Origin: an uncultured Methanosarcinaceae archaeon
Lineage (GTDB): Archaea > Halobacteriota > Methanosarcinia > Methanosarcinales > Methanosarcinaceae
Assembly (NCBI GenBank): GCA_963733675.1
Contig: CAVTET010000006.1
Coordinates: 128,001-192,000, forward strand
Direction: 5' to 3'
Length of the DNA: 64,000 nucleotides
The number at the start of each line of letters is the position of its first letter. Position 1 is the stretch's first letter. The notes under the pieces are model-generated. The model saw nothing but the letters and a program-made list of their open reading frames with translations, was not told the DNA's origin and did not search any database. Made by a program: the position numbers and the translations under genes. This document shows, in pieces, positions 10,806 through 22,237 of this stretch.

Positions 10806-13348
10806 TTGATGAAGTCTGAAAAACCGGAACTTCTGGCTCCAGCTGGAGACATGAGAGCTCTTATCGCAGCCGTAGTAAATGGAGCAGATGCTGTGTACCT
10901 TGGAGCTCAGGTTTTCAGTGCCCGGGGGTATGCATCGAATTTTTCAGAAAAAGAGCAGGAAGAAGCAATTGATTATGCCCATCTTAGAGGCGTAAAGGTA
11001 TACTTCACTGTAAATACTCTGCTTAAGGATGAAGAAGTTAATAGCGCCCTCAAACTGCTTTTTCGGCTGAGAGAAATGGGAGCAGATGCAATTATCATCC
11101 AGGATCTTGGGTTGATTTCCCTTGTCAGAAAATATCTGCCAGATCTTCCGCTGCATGCGAGCACACAGATGACTCTGCATAACAGTGAAGGAGTTGAATT
11201 TGTAAAAAAATTAGGAATCAAAAGAGTTGTGCTCTCTAGGGAATCCTCCCTTAAGGATATAAAACGGATAAAAGAAACGAGCGGAGTTGATATTGAAATT
11301 TTTATCCATGGAGCTCTATGCATTTCCTATTCTGGTCAGTGTCTCCTGAGTAGTCTTATAGGTGGAAGAAGTGGAAACAGAGGATATTGTGCCCAGCCAT
11401 GCCGAAAAAAGTATAGGCTGTACTGCGATGGAAAACATATCATAACAACCGGAGACCATCTCTTAAGTCCAAAGGACCTTAACACAAGTTCAGATCTGGG
11501 AGCTCTTATAGAAGCAGGGATTGAGTTCTTTAAAATCGAGGGCAGAATGAAGAGATTTGAATATGTTGCAGGTGTTGTCAGGGTCTATCGACGCCTTCTT
11601 GACAGGTATGCTGAAAATCCTGCAGCATATTATGTTTCCGAAGAAGAAAAGGAAATGCTTACCCAGATCTTTAATAGAAATTTTACTTCTGGCTACTTCT
11701 TCGAAACTCCACACGGAAAACTCATGAGCAGGGAAAATCCACAGAATCGTGGAATTCCAGCAGGCACTGTCGTGGGGTATGATCATAGTTCAAATCAAAT
11801 TCTTGTAAAGCTTTCGCACTTTCTCCAGCTTGGTGATGGGATAATGGTCAAAAACGCCGATACCGCATCAGAAGGTAAAGGAAAAATCGTATCTTCAATG
11901 CGTACTGAGAAGGGTCTTGTATACAGTGCAGAGAAAGGAGATATAGTAGAGCTTCCATTTGATTCAAGGGTGCCATCAGGAAGTACGGTATACAGGACAC
12001 AGGATAAGAAGCTTATGGAGTCCCTTAAAAGAGGAAACGAATCCGAAACTTTGAGGCCTAAGATTCTTGTATCTATTACCTTAACCGTTAAAGTAGGAAG
12101 ACCTATCAGACTTGTGATAAAGGATAGGGATTCAAACACAATAACAATCGAATCCGAATATCTTGTTGAGAAGGCAGAGAAGCACCCCATTTCAACAGCT
12201 CAGATCGAAAAACAGCTATCAAAGCTTGGAAATACACTTTTTGAGGCAACTGAGATTAATGTAAATTTGGAAGGTGATGTTTTTGTCCCTGTGGGCCAGT
12301 TGAACGACCTGAGGACAAAAGCAATCTTACAGCTAGAAAATCTACGGATATCAAAGTGGAAGCGAAAACCTCTTCATTATCTGAACTTCCCTGATCAAGT
12401 TGAAAAAATGAGAAGAGAAGGAGAGCATTTCACCACGAAAAACTTCCCTGCACATCCTATGCTTTCGGTTTCCGTTTATTCCTTAAAAGGGCTCGACGGA
12501 GCGATTGCAGGAGGAGCAGATTGTATTTATTTCGAAGAAGGGGTTATCAGAAAATCGAAAATAGCGGTACAAAAAAAAAAAATGCGAAGGATCAAGATAT
12601 CATTTTCGAAAAAGCTGTTTTAAGAATCCGGGCTGCAGGCAGAAAAATATATTTTAGTACCCCAAAGATTGTGAAAGACCCAGAAATGGAATCCGTAAAA
12701 AAAATTATATTTCTTGCCAAAAAGCTAAAAGCTGATGGCGTTCTTGTATCAAATCTGGGGACCTTAAACCTCGCAAAAGTAGAGAATATCCCTTTTATTG
12801 TAGACAGTTCTTTAAATATACTTAACAGCTTTACTTTTTCTTATTTTTTGCAGTACGGAGCTCAAATGGTTGTAATTTCTCCGGAGCTAACGCTTGAAGA
12901 ACTAAAAGAAATTGCTTCTTGCGGGCCTGCGGAATGTATCGTCCACGGGAGGCTGGAATTAATAGAATCTGAACACTGCCTTGTGGGAGGGCTGATTGGC
13001 AAACATCCTAAATATTGCAATGCACCATGCGGTTCTGGAAATTTTACACTGGTTGATGAAAAATATTACGAATTTCCTTTGCTCATGGACTATCAGTGCA
13101 GAATGCATATCCTCAATTCCAAATCTCTCTGCATGCTTGAATATGTTCCTATGCTTCTTGAAAGCGGAGTCTTAAGTCTTAGGATAGGGATTCTCGAAAT
13201 GAAAAATGATGAAGAAACAAGGGAAGTAACCTATGCATACAGGAATGCAATTGATACCTATCTAAGGGGCGGAGATATCCTACACAAAAATTGTGGGAAG
13301 CAGGGAAAAGGTTTCACTACAGGGCATTATTTCAGGGGTGTGAATTAA
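10806..13348 (+). CDS. Peptidase U32 family protein with DUF3656 (RlhA-like RNA hydroxylase architecture), frame broken at an A12 run
   Basis: 'PELLAPAG', 'HASTQ', 'HGALCISYSGQC.LSS..GGRSGNRG.CAQPCR', 'KIEGRMK', C-terminal 'TTGHYFRGV'. ORFs 10806-12623 and 12521-13348 overlap across A12 at 12571-12582. Confidence 0.85.
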
Positions 13349-13679
13349 AAAAATCAGGAGTACGGGAAAATGAATAGAAAAGTAAGTTCTATGGAAGTTA
13401 AGGAGGTAAATAATATGGAAATTGAGGAGGTAACTGCTATAAAAGTTAAGGCAAGAAGATAGTTACGGAAAAGAAATCCCGAAAATTATCCTGTCGGATC
13501 GATTAGTTTAGACAGGCGGCTTAAAATATGAGTTAGTTAGTTAATAACTGTTTTCGAGGAAGTTTCCATCTTCGCAGCAAGTTACAGAGTCTAGGATGGG
13601 ATATCACAAAATTTGAAAATTTTACTGCATTATAAAACTCAATGATAATTATAAATAAGTTATACTCGTATATATATTT

Positions 13680-13937
13680 ATGCCAGTTTGGATCACAGAA
13701 ATTTTAGTATTTATTGTGGCACTTATAGTAGCTATCTTGCTATATAAAGCTCTCAAAACCGCCACCAGCCTTGTTATAAATGCAGTTCTTGGAATTTTAG
13801 TACTGACTGCAGTAAAATTTTTACTCGGACTTGAAATCGCGATCACCTGGGTAGCAGTTTTTATCTGTGCAATAGGAGGCATTTTCGGAGCACTTATCAT
13901 AATTGTGTTGAATTATCTTAAAATAGCTTTTTTATAA
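13680..13937 (+). CDS. BofA-like (pro-sigmaK processing inhibitor family) membrane protein
   Basis: 85 aa, three hydrophobic segments, 'L.IN.VLG....I.I.....ICAIGGI.G' pattern. Confidence 0.7.
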   Translation: MPVWITEILVFIVALIVAILLYKALKTATSLVINAVLGILVLTAVKFLLGLEIAITWVAVFICAIGGIFGALIIIVLNYLKIAFL

Positions 13938-14822
13938 AATTACAACGCGAAATAAGAAAATCACAGGAATCGGCGGAAATAAAGGAATGCATATGAATTT
14001 AAAGTGTAGACAGCTTCTTGAAGGATATATTAAAGGCTTTCGAAGATTCCTCTCGCCATATGCCCACTATAAATTCATTTACCAAAAATTTGTTCATTTA
14101 TTACATTTTTTAATTTCTTGCTGTGATACTCATTATATAAATGTATCACTCTTAAAGGATAATGTTTTTGTTCAACATCAACGAAAAAATGTATATTATC
14201 ATCATAATGATTGCATCAAACTCAAAAACAGTATCTTTCCAAATTTCAAAGCATATATATTCCAAATAGTTGATGATGTAATTATTCAAAATAAATATTC
14301 TACGATACTTTATAAAAAAACCATGTGATATCTTAGAAGATTTCGATCAACGACTGAATTTCGTCATATGCTTTATAACTTATATACAGATTATTCTTGA
14401 AAATGAGAACTTTATCTAAATCCTACTTATTTTATAAACACATTGGTTTGCATGACGTAGTTCTATTTTATAGTTCACAGGTAGCTCATTCATAATTCAG
14501 TCAGTAAATAATGGATTTGGGGGAGCCTTCATCACTGCAGCAAACTGCGGTGCATTAGATTGGAATAAGAAGTATTCTTTTTTCGGATCCAAAATTATCA
14601 CAATATTGAAATTGGATTCGTAGTCCTTAAATTTATATTAAAACTATTTTTTGAGTACGCTAATTCAGAACATATATAAAAACAATTTTTTTAACACTCT
14701 GATAAATTTAGTTGATTCTTCACCTAAAATCATTTTCCCTTTTCTATTCCAGGCTCGAAAGTTTCTCACACCTTTTTTTAAGCAGTGTAGATTTCCATTA
14801 ATTTTAAATTATACGGCAACTT

Positions 14823-15626
14823 ATGGAAAAGCTGATGGCCCAAAAAATTCTTATTACCAATGATGACGGTGTATATTCCACAGGCCTTAAAGCTGCTTTT
14901 GATAGCGTTTCGGATCTTGGAGAAGTTACAATTTCGGCTCCTGCTGTCCAGCAGAGTGGGGTCGGACGTTCGATTTCTATCTTTGAGCCCCTTCGAATCA
15001 CAAAAACAGATGTAGGAGGTATACCTGCATATGCTGTGAGTGGAACTCCTACCGACTCTGTAATTCTGGGTATCTTCACGATTCTCAAGGAAATGCCTGA
15101 CTTGGTGCTCTCCGGCTTTAACATTGGAGAAAATATCAGTACGGATACGATTACTACCTCAGGGACAATCGGAGGAGCCCTGGAAGCTGCAAGTTACGGC
15201 ATTCCTGCAATTGCAGCCTCCATGCAAGTGCTCGATGAAGGACAGAAATTCGATGATCCTAGAGATTATCACAGAGAGCGCTTCGAAACAGGGATAAAAG
15301 TAGTGAACAGGATTGCCCAAAACGTCCTAAAGCATGGGATGCCGGAGAATGTGGACCTCCTGAACATCAATATTCCCTATCATGCAGAAGAAAATACGCC
15401 GATAGAGATCACTCGCCTTGCACGGAAAGTTTTTAAAACTGATGTCGAAGAACGTCATGATCCGAGAGGCAGACCCTATTACTGGATTGCTGGAAAAATG
15501 ATCAAGGAAGAGAAAGAAGGGACAGATGTGCACTCAATAATGCAAAAAGGGCACGTCTCAATAACTCCTGTTTCTCTGGATTCAACTGCTAGGATAGATT
15601 TTTCCGAGATCACAAAGTATCTCTAA
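14823..15626 (+). CDS. surE: 5'/3'-nucleotidase SurE
   Basis: ILITNDDG, AP..QQSGVG, SGTPTD, SG.NIGEN, SGTIGGA motifs. Confidence 0.95.
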   Translation: MEKLMAQKILITNDDGVYSTGLKAAFDSVSDLGEVTISAPAVQQSGVGRSISIFEPLRITKTDVGGIPAYAVSGTPTDSVILGIFTILKEMPDLVLSGFNIGENISTDTITTSGTIGGALEAASYGIPAIAASMQVLDEGQKFDDPRDYHRERFETGIKVVNRIAQNVLKHGMPENVDLLNINIPYHAEENTPIEITRLARKVFKTDVEERHDPRGRPYYWIAGKMIKEEKEGTDVHSIMQKGHVSITPVSLDSTARIDFSEITKYL

Positions 15627-15761
15627 ACTACCCTCAAATTTTAATTTCTTTTAAAATGAAAATTCTTGTGGCGTAGAAATTTTGATTTTCTTTTTGACAG
15701 ATAATTTTTTTTGTATTTTTTTTAGATACTTACATTATCAATTATTTAATTTATATATGCA

Positions 15762-16880
15762 TTGAAATTGGTAAAAGGTATCGTTTTTAATTCGATGCAA
15801 TTGGTAATGATGATAATTATTTACATCTTTCCATTGGTGCCGAACCAAAAAAAATCTACCTCAAAAGTGATTAAGATTCTGAAAAGTATCACAGCAAGAA
15901 GAATCTTCAAAGAATAACTTGAAATTAAAAAGTAGTTGTGGTTAGCGAGCTGTGGAGTGATAAGGGTCATATTGAAATGCGGATGATGATACAACTTTAA
16001 ATGTAATTAAAAACTAAGAGGCTATCCGAAAAGTTCTGCTGATCTGAATGTTATCAATGCGCACGCTAAATGTAGCGTAGCAAGGTAATTTTCAATTTTT
16101 TTTCCCCATCTTATAAGGAGTCTTCTGAATCTATTCAGCCAAGAATGTGTCCTTTCTACAACCCATCTTCTTGCCCTAAAACCAGGTATGTCTCTTCTTA
16201 TGTTTTCTTCTCCACAACTTTTGATATGCGCAGTATAACCATATTCTTCAATCAATTTTCTGATATCTGTGAAATCATAACCCTTATCCATGCATATGTT
16301 CTGAATTATGTCTTCTGGAGAAGGTCTTTCAAAGAATATGGCGTCTAAAGTCCTTTTTACAAGCTTTTTATCGTGACGATTGGCTCCATCCACGACAACA
16401 GAAAGTGGTATGCCTTTACCATCAGTTAAAACAATCCTTTTTGTACCTTTTTTGCCACGATCAGTAGGATTGGCTCCTGTTCCAGCTCCATCTAGTGATG
16501 CTTTTGTCATAGCACCATCAATCGATTGTCATTCCCATTCCTGAAATCGATCATGTACAGTGCTTGGAGCTCCATAAAATCGTGGCAATGCTTTCCATTG
16601 GCAACCAGTAACAAGAAGATAGAAAATGCCACTCATTATTTTCCTATCACCCTTTCTAGGTCTTCCAGACTTCTTTTTTGGCTTAGGTACAGGTAGTAAA
16701 GGTTCTATTTTTCCCCAATAATCTTCAGAAATTTCGTAGTCATGAACAATTTTCCGTTTTGTCATTACCACACATGATCTTAAATTGAAAGTATATTATT
16801 TTTCGGATAGGCTTTAAGTTGGAAATAAGGGAAACTGGGAAGAAAAAAGCTTATGAGAAAATGAAAATATTTGATTTTAA
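15762..16880 (+). pseudogene. IS200/IS605 TnpA (Y1 transposase) relic, interrupted by an IS5 element
   Basis: Translation with stops: EIGKRYRF*FDAIGND...LHL..GAEPK...KVIKILKSITARRIFKE...LW..ELWSD. It appears to resume after 16817 (...EKMKIFDF). Confidence 0.65.
16018..16814 (-). mobile_element. IS5-family element (IS1031/IS427-like), copy 1, with ~75-bp internal deletion
   Basis: TIRs GAGGCTATCCGAAAA / TTTTCGGATAGGCTT and a TAA target duplication. ORFs 16529-16771 and 16022-16510 (DKGYD, RWVVERTHSWL). Highly similar to 32333-33204. Confidence 0.92.
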
Positions 16881-17026
16881 ATAAATCATTTGTACTCCGA
16901 ACTATGTCGTGAATATGAGCAGTTGTTTGCAAAGGGAATAGTTAGTGCCACAAAAGCTTTATTTTCTCTCTGAATCAGATAAAAAAGCATCCCTTTATTA
17001 AGCAATAACTTATTAAGTGAATCAAA

Positions 17027-17785
17027 ATGTCGGATCCATTAAAACACACCAAAGTCCATGGAAAAATTCCAATTAAAGAACATTTTCAACTTAAGGAAAC
17101 CATAGTTACGATAGTTGCAAACAACCCAGCTCATATAGAAATCGCAAAAAAGTCAATTCGAACCCACAGGGCAGCCCTCGAAACTTACATCCTTTCTGAC
17201 CCTTATTTTCAGTTTACCCTTGAGCCCTATGAATGCCCAAAAATTGCGCCTGAAGTTGTTAAGAGAATGATAAAAGCTGGGAATATTATGGGGGTAGGGC
17301 CAATGAGTGCGGTTGCAGGCACAATTTCTGCCCTTGCAGTGGAAGCTATGGTAGAAGCCGGAGCAAAGTATGCCATCGTTGATAATGGGGGTGATATAGC
17401 ACTAATTACCGATCAACCTATCGTTATTGGGATCTACTCAGGGCAATCCCCTATCAAAAACTTGGGACTGGTTCTCGAGCCACGGGACTCAATAACAGGT
17501 GTATGCACTTCAGCAGGGACCGTGGGTCCCTCAATAAGTTTTGGAGCGGCAGATGCCGCTTCAGTGTTCTCAGATGATGTTTCTCTGGCTGATGCAGCTG
17601 CAACATCACTTGGAAATGAAGTAGGTCTCGGAAAAGAGTCTGTAAAGGCTTCTTTTAACTCAGTAAAAGGTATCCCAGGAATAAAAGGTGCAATTGTGAT
17701 TCAAGGTGAATACATGGGTATGTGGGGTAATATTCCGAAAATTGCCCAAGTTACTGTAAAATACGAATGCATAACAAAAGCGTGA
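17027..17785 (+). CDS. UPF0280 (ApbE-like) protein
   Basis: '[10 protein letters not shown]', 'VDNGGDIA', '[16 protein letters not shown]...ADAAAT.LGN' motifs. Confidence 0.9.
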   Translation: MSDPLKHTKVHGKIPIKEHFQLKETIVTIVANNPAHIEIAKKSIRTHRAALETYILSDPYFQFTLEPYECPKIAPEVVKRMIKAGNIMGVGPMSAVAGTISALAVEAMVEAGAKYAIVDNGGDIALITDQPIVIGIYSGQSPIKNLGLVLEPRDSITGVCTSAGTVGPSISFGAADAASVFSDDVSLADAAATSLGNEVGLGKESVKASFNSVKGIPGIKGAIVIQGEYMGMWGNIPKIAQVTVKYECITKA

Positions 17786-18360
17786 AGATTAGCTTGAAAT
17801 TTTTCAGAAACTTTTTCTAGAGTGTCTTTTGGCCTTTGTTGCGAAAATACATTTTTTACGTGAATATTATTGCCCAATCAGCTGCCTTTACTACTAACTT
17901 ATTTTGATGCTATACATAATGATTAGTTTAATAATTGTTATTATAAAAATAGTCATTCGTATTTCTCGGAGGTGAAATTGTCATTTATATTTAATTCTAA
18001 CCCTCAGAAAGCCCTTGACCACGTCTAGTTTTCACCCATAGGCTTAGATAATAAGTAAATTCCATCTCTTTTTCACGATTTTTCCATGAACGTAAAATCA
18101 ATGTCAAGTGTGGTGAATAATTGCCTCTTTCAGGAAGATTTATGTGATTGTCTGGCTTCCAGCACCCATACCAAAAGTTAATTTTTTTCTTTCATAATCT
18201 TTGTATCATCCCATTTGGATTAATAGAATTTCGATAAACCTCAAATTTTTCTGGTTATTTATAATGCCTATATAAGCAAATTGTTGAAATTGGAGATTTA
18301 TCGGAATTCTCTTTAGTTTATCCAGCCTGTGCACTGTTAAGGTTTGCCTTTTATACTCAC

Positions 18361-18495
18361 TTAATATGCCTTTTGGTAGGTAATCTTCGCAGGAAATAGA
18401 AACGTGCTGTAACCTACGTGGCACGCAGTCTTGAGAATATCCTTGAAAATATTAAGCTGACCGACTTCGGCTTCGATTTTGCAGCACTCATTTTT
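18361..18495 (-). pseudogene. Truncated second RiPP precursor-like copy
   Basis: AAAATGAGTGCTGCAA-AATCGAAGCCGAAGTCGGTCAG aligns with the first precursor's leader. Restored reading: KMSAAKIEAEVGQL-NIFKDILKTACHVGYSTFL... Confidence 0.55.
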
Positions 18496-18691
18496 ATGAT
18501 ATCCGTGCACATGCTGCGCAGGCACCAGGAATTGGCGATGTGATGCAAGCCGCCAAGCACGCATCCCTGGCAGCAGCTTTTTCCCAATTCTCGATAAAAC
18601 CATGAAGACTTCACGACTGACCGACTCCTCCTTCGATTCTTACAGTGCTCATTTTTCTTAGAACTGGTTTTGCTTGCTTTGGTAACCTCAT
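18494..18691 (-). pseudogene. Cyanobactin-type precursor-like peptide (65 codons, in-frame TGA at codon 27)
   Basis: GGAG at 18701-18704, then MRLPKQAKPVLRKMSTVRIEGGVGQS*SLHGFIENWEKAAARDACLAACITSPIPGACAACARIS*. LPxQxxPVxR matches PatE/PatB-type N-termini. Lies downstream of a PatA-like gene on the same strand. Confidence 0.7.
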
Positions 18692-18900
18692 AATAAATTT
18701 CTCCGTGTCTCCTTTTTTTATTTCCCGTGAAGTGAGCTATTCTGTCGTCACACAGGCAATTATTTGAAACAAGTCGTCCCTCCTTCAAATTATCCCTACT
18801 TATTATCATCGTCCTCGTCATAGTGATAATAATTGCACATTAGTTGGTGCCACCCAGGTGACGAAAGCCTTAAGGTGGTACTTAATCAAATCGCTTCGGC

Positions 18901-20705
18901 TTAGTACACCGACCAAGACCGTACTTTTCCAACTGTAACAGGAACCACGTTACTTACATCAACAGTAAAGCGCCACATCTTTCTTGAGATGGTAAGACGA
19001 TTGACCGGGTCAAAGAACGTCAGCTTCACATCCCAGCAATCCGAATCAGGCCGACAAACAGGACTTCTTTATGTTTCAATGATATCCAGCACCAAGTTCT
19101 CGTGAGCTGCCTGCTCAAAAACAGCAGCCACCTGGAACGCGTTTGTCCCGGCAAAGTTCATGGCCCTCTCAGGTGAAGCTCGACCCAGGTTCATCAAGTC
19201 GTAATATACCCACTCCGAGAAATTACGAACACCTGCTTCCTTCTCAGAGTATACCTTCAGTGCATTTTTGTCATCGGTATCTTTGGGCTGCGGGCCGATC
19301 TTCCAAAATCGTAACCCAGCATGCCAAGAACATATACTAGGTACTGTCTGTCTCCACAGCTCGTGGGATGGACCTACTCCAGCATGATAGACTTGGTAGC
19401 TACATCCTGGTTTGTTATCATTGATTTCGCCGCTTGTACATCAGATGCATGGATATAGGGCCCAGTTATTTCAATACTATCACTTATCTTGTCGTCAAGC
19501 TCATTTAGTTCCTCCGTCTTTGTCTGCCTTTTTGGACAACCACAATTTTCGTCTATAAGTTTAGTCATATTCTTCTCCAGTATCTGGTTTTTCGTTTGTT
19601 TGTTCGTCTCTTCATATATTGATTTTAGCTCAATAGAATCAGTATTTTCTAGAGCTTTCATTACGTTCAAGGTAGAACTCTTATAGGGCGCTGCTATCCT
19701 CAGGATTAAGCGGTGTAAACTCCGCATTCTGCACACCAAGAACAGGCAGTCGTTTGGAAGATTTCCCCAATCCTATAGCCACATGCTCCTGAATTTGTTG
19801 TACCAAATTATTATTATCAGTCACAGCTTGTTGTCTTTCCGTGACAAGATTACAAGCTCCTCTGATGTTTAGACGACCCCTTAGATGGCGAGAACAATCT
19901 AAACCTTCAGAAGGGAAACACGGCTGGGCGCTCTGGAGAATAGTTGCCCGCACAGCGTATGGATCTGGTTTGTCTCCCATTTGTATCTGGATCCTCAACA
20001 GCAAAGCAACAATACCAGAAACTATCGGAGTAGCAAAGCTTGTACCGCTTTGAGTGATGACACCACCCTCAGGAACGGCCTCCAGTAATTTTTCACCAAG
20101 TGCGAGAATACCGTTCTTTAGATACGTCTCCCCTCAATTATTGAAGTCAGCGGCAACCCCCGGGCATCCATTGCCCCTACTGCAAGGGTTGAGGAAATGG
20201 CAGCTGGAACATGAAGGCATTGACATTCATCATTTCCCACAGCTGCAACGATTAAAACACCATTTTCGGCGCAGAGAAGTACGGCCTTGTCAAGTAGCGG
20301 GCGAGGGTCACCAGAGGAAACCAGTTCACCACCACTTATGTTTATGACCTGGGCTCTTTGTTCAACGGCTTGTATGATGGCATGAGCGAGGTCGATCTGC
20401 GAACAAGGAGCAATTGAATCATCAGACCCATCCTCAAAAACAGGAATAATGAGTCTACGACAGCCGGGAGAAATACCCTGGATAGGGCTAGCATGTTGGC
20501 CAAAGATTAGGCTGGCAACATGAGTTTCGTGGTGTGCAGTTGGTCCCTCATCGGAAAGGTCTGAAACTAAAGTTTCTAATTTGGTTATTTTGGCTTTGTT
20601 AAAACATGGATGTGTTAGATCAACTGGCCCATCAAGAACAGCAATGAAAATTTCTGCATCTCCTGCAGTTCGCTGTAGAATCTCTTTTGCCTTCATGATA
20701 AACAC
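18901..20705 (-). pseudogene. PatA-type cyanobactin maturation protease (S8 domain + PatG_D/PatG_C-type domains), fragmented
   Basis: 'IAVLDGPVD.THPCF', 'HETHVASLIFGQH', 'SQIDLA.AI', 'INISGG', 'GND.C.CLHVPAA' and 'SGTSFATPIVSG'. C-terminus reads 'TNAFQVAAVF...SPVCRPDSDCWDVKLTFFDP...FTVDVSNVVPVTVGKVRSWSVY*'. Several frameshifts and stops. Confidence 0.88.
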
Positions 20706-20904
20706 CCAAATTCGGTGTCTACTGCGAGCTAATCTATGTAACTTACTATCTCATTGTAACTATCTATCCATTGTAACTTCAATTAGCTACCTTGATCCTG
20801 AAAACCAAGATGTCCAATCAGAAACATATATAAATTGTTTTTTGATATTTTTGGAGTTATTTTATACATTTGCCCTAATTTATTTTAAATTATTTTGACA
20901 AAAA

Positions 20905-21025
20905 ATAGTTTCTGAATAAAATTTACTTTGTCATAAAATATTTCAAAATAGAATTACAATTTAATATCAATTATATTTTTATTATTTTCAGCGATCTTTA
21001 TTATAAACAGAAAGGCAAGTTGGAT
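20905..21025. repeat. Second copy of the AT-rich block at 6358-6627 (single unit plus tail)
   Basis: ATAGTTTCTGAATAAAATTTAC...CAAAATAGAATTA.AATTTAATAT...TATTATAAACAGAAAGG.AAGTTGGAT is shared by both loci. Confidence 0.8.
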
Positions 21026-21120
21026 GAAGCAATAAAAACCTATGGCAAAGCAATTAAAATTAACCCACAACTCAGAAGCTTGGCACAATAAAAGTGCTTT
21101 ATCTAAATAGATTAAATAAA
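21017..21120 (+). pseudogene. Single TPR-repeat remnant
   Basis: KLDEAIKTYGKAIKINPQ(fs)SEAWHNK, a typical Methanosarcina TPR unit, with no start. Confidence 0.5.
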
Positions 21121-21141
21121 TCCGATTTGTAGGTAATGTAC

Positions 21142-21399
21142 CTAAAAATCTGAAAAATATGTTTTAATGTATCTTTGTTTCATCAATGAACCATATTTAA
21201 CTTCCGGTTCAGCTTCCTGAATAAGTTCATCTGGTGTTTTTTCTGTGAATTCACAAAATGCTTTTATAGCTTGAAGGTAATTACGCTGAGTGTTAGCACT
21301 TGCGTCAATCGACAAAAACCAATTAGTTAGAATTGAATCGTTTTTCAGATCACTGGCATAACTTGATGTCAGTTTAAGGTTTTTCATATTACAAATCAC
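21142..21399 (-). pseudogene. Tyrosine integrase N-terminal fragment
   Basis: 'D.....WF..I.AS.NT..NYL.A...FCEFT.KTP.ELI.EAE.E' resembles Methanosarcina site-specific integrase N-termini. Catalytic domain absent. Confidence 0.65.
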
Positions 21400-21679
21400 C
21401 TGATCTAATGTATATATGATTGCCGATCCACATTAACTGATAAATGTATCAATCTCTTTCCAGTTTAAGCCAAAATCATATTTACCGGCATTATCGGGCC
21501 TGAAGGCCTAAATTATAAGAGTCCAGGAAGTCCAGCTTTAATAAACCAGAAAGCATGTCTCGAAATAGGAATATTTACCTATTTTCGAGAAAAAAGAATC
21601 TTTATGGAAGGCTACGGGGGGAAAATCGGCATTATGCCCCTGAGCTGCGAAATAACTTAATTTGGAAAAGGAGGAGATT

Positions 21680-22129
21680 ATGACAACTGTATTTGATGTC
21701 CCTTCAATGGAACTTATTGAAAAGGTTGCAGACATTCTTGAGAAAAACGAAAATATTGTTCCCCCTAAGTGGGCAGAGCACGTGAAAACCGGAATTCATA
21801 AAGAACTGCCCCCGAATAATGATAATTGGTGGTATATCAGATGTGCTGCAGTCCTAAGGAAAATTTATACTGATGGACCTGTAGGGATTGAAAGGCTTCG
21901 CTCCGTATATGGCGGGAAGAAGGATAATGGATCAAGTCCAAGCCATAAAGCAAAAGGCAGCGGTTCAATTGTTAGAAAGGCAGTGCAGCAGCTTGAGGCT
22001 GCAGGTTACCTGCAAAAGGTAAAAGACGGAAGAACAGTATCTGCAAAGGGCCGTTCAATGCTTGACAATGCAGCCAATGACCTAAAACATGAACTCATTG
22101 ATAAAATTCCGGAACTTGCAAAATACTGA
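21680..22129 (+). CDS. rps19e: 30S ribosomal protein S19e
   Basis: MTTVFDVP...PKWA..VKTG.HKELPP...WWY.R.A.VLRK. GGAGG precedes ATG 21680. Confidence 0.97.
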   Translation: MTTVFDVPSMELIEKVADILEKNENIVPPKWAEHVKTGIHKELPPNNDNWWYIRCAAVLRKIYTDGPVGIERLRSVYGGKKDNGSSPSHKAKGSGSIVRKAVQQLEAAGYLQKVKDGRTVSAKGRSMLDNAANDLKHELIDKIPELAKY

Positions 22130-22237
22130 GATAAATTTTTCCAAAAGGGACTTTCTATGTTTAGTAGTCCCTTCCAAATATATTATGTATCATTAATACA
22201 GGTTGTTCCAGAAAACGGTTTTTTTGGATGATTTTAC

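Noticed and set aside
13987-14328. 113-aa ORF, and similar short AT-rich ORFs (2953, 9859, 27239, 37460, 41309, 54887, 56504)
   Set aside because: No recognisable motifs or RBS. Composition typical of spurious or decayed sequence.
18414-18821. 135-aa ORF from the track (and 18361-18603)
   Set aside because: Off-frame shadows of the precursor peptides. The RBS and leader motif are in a different frame.
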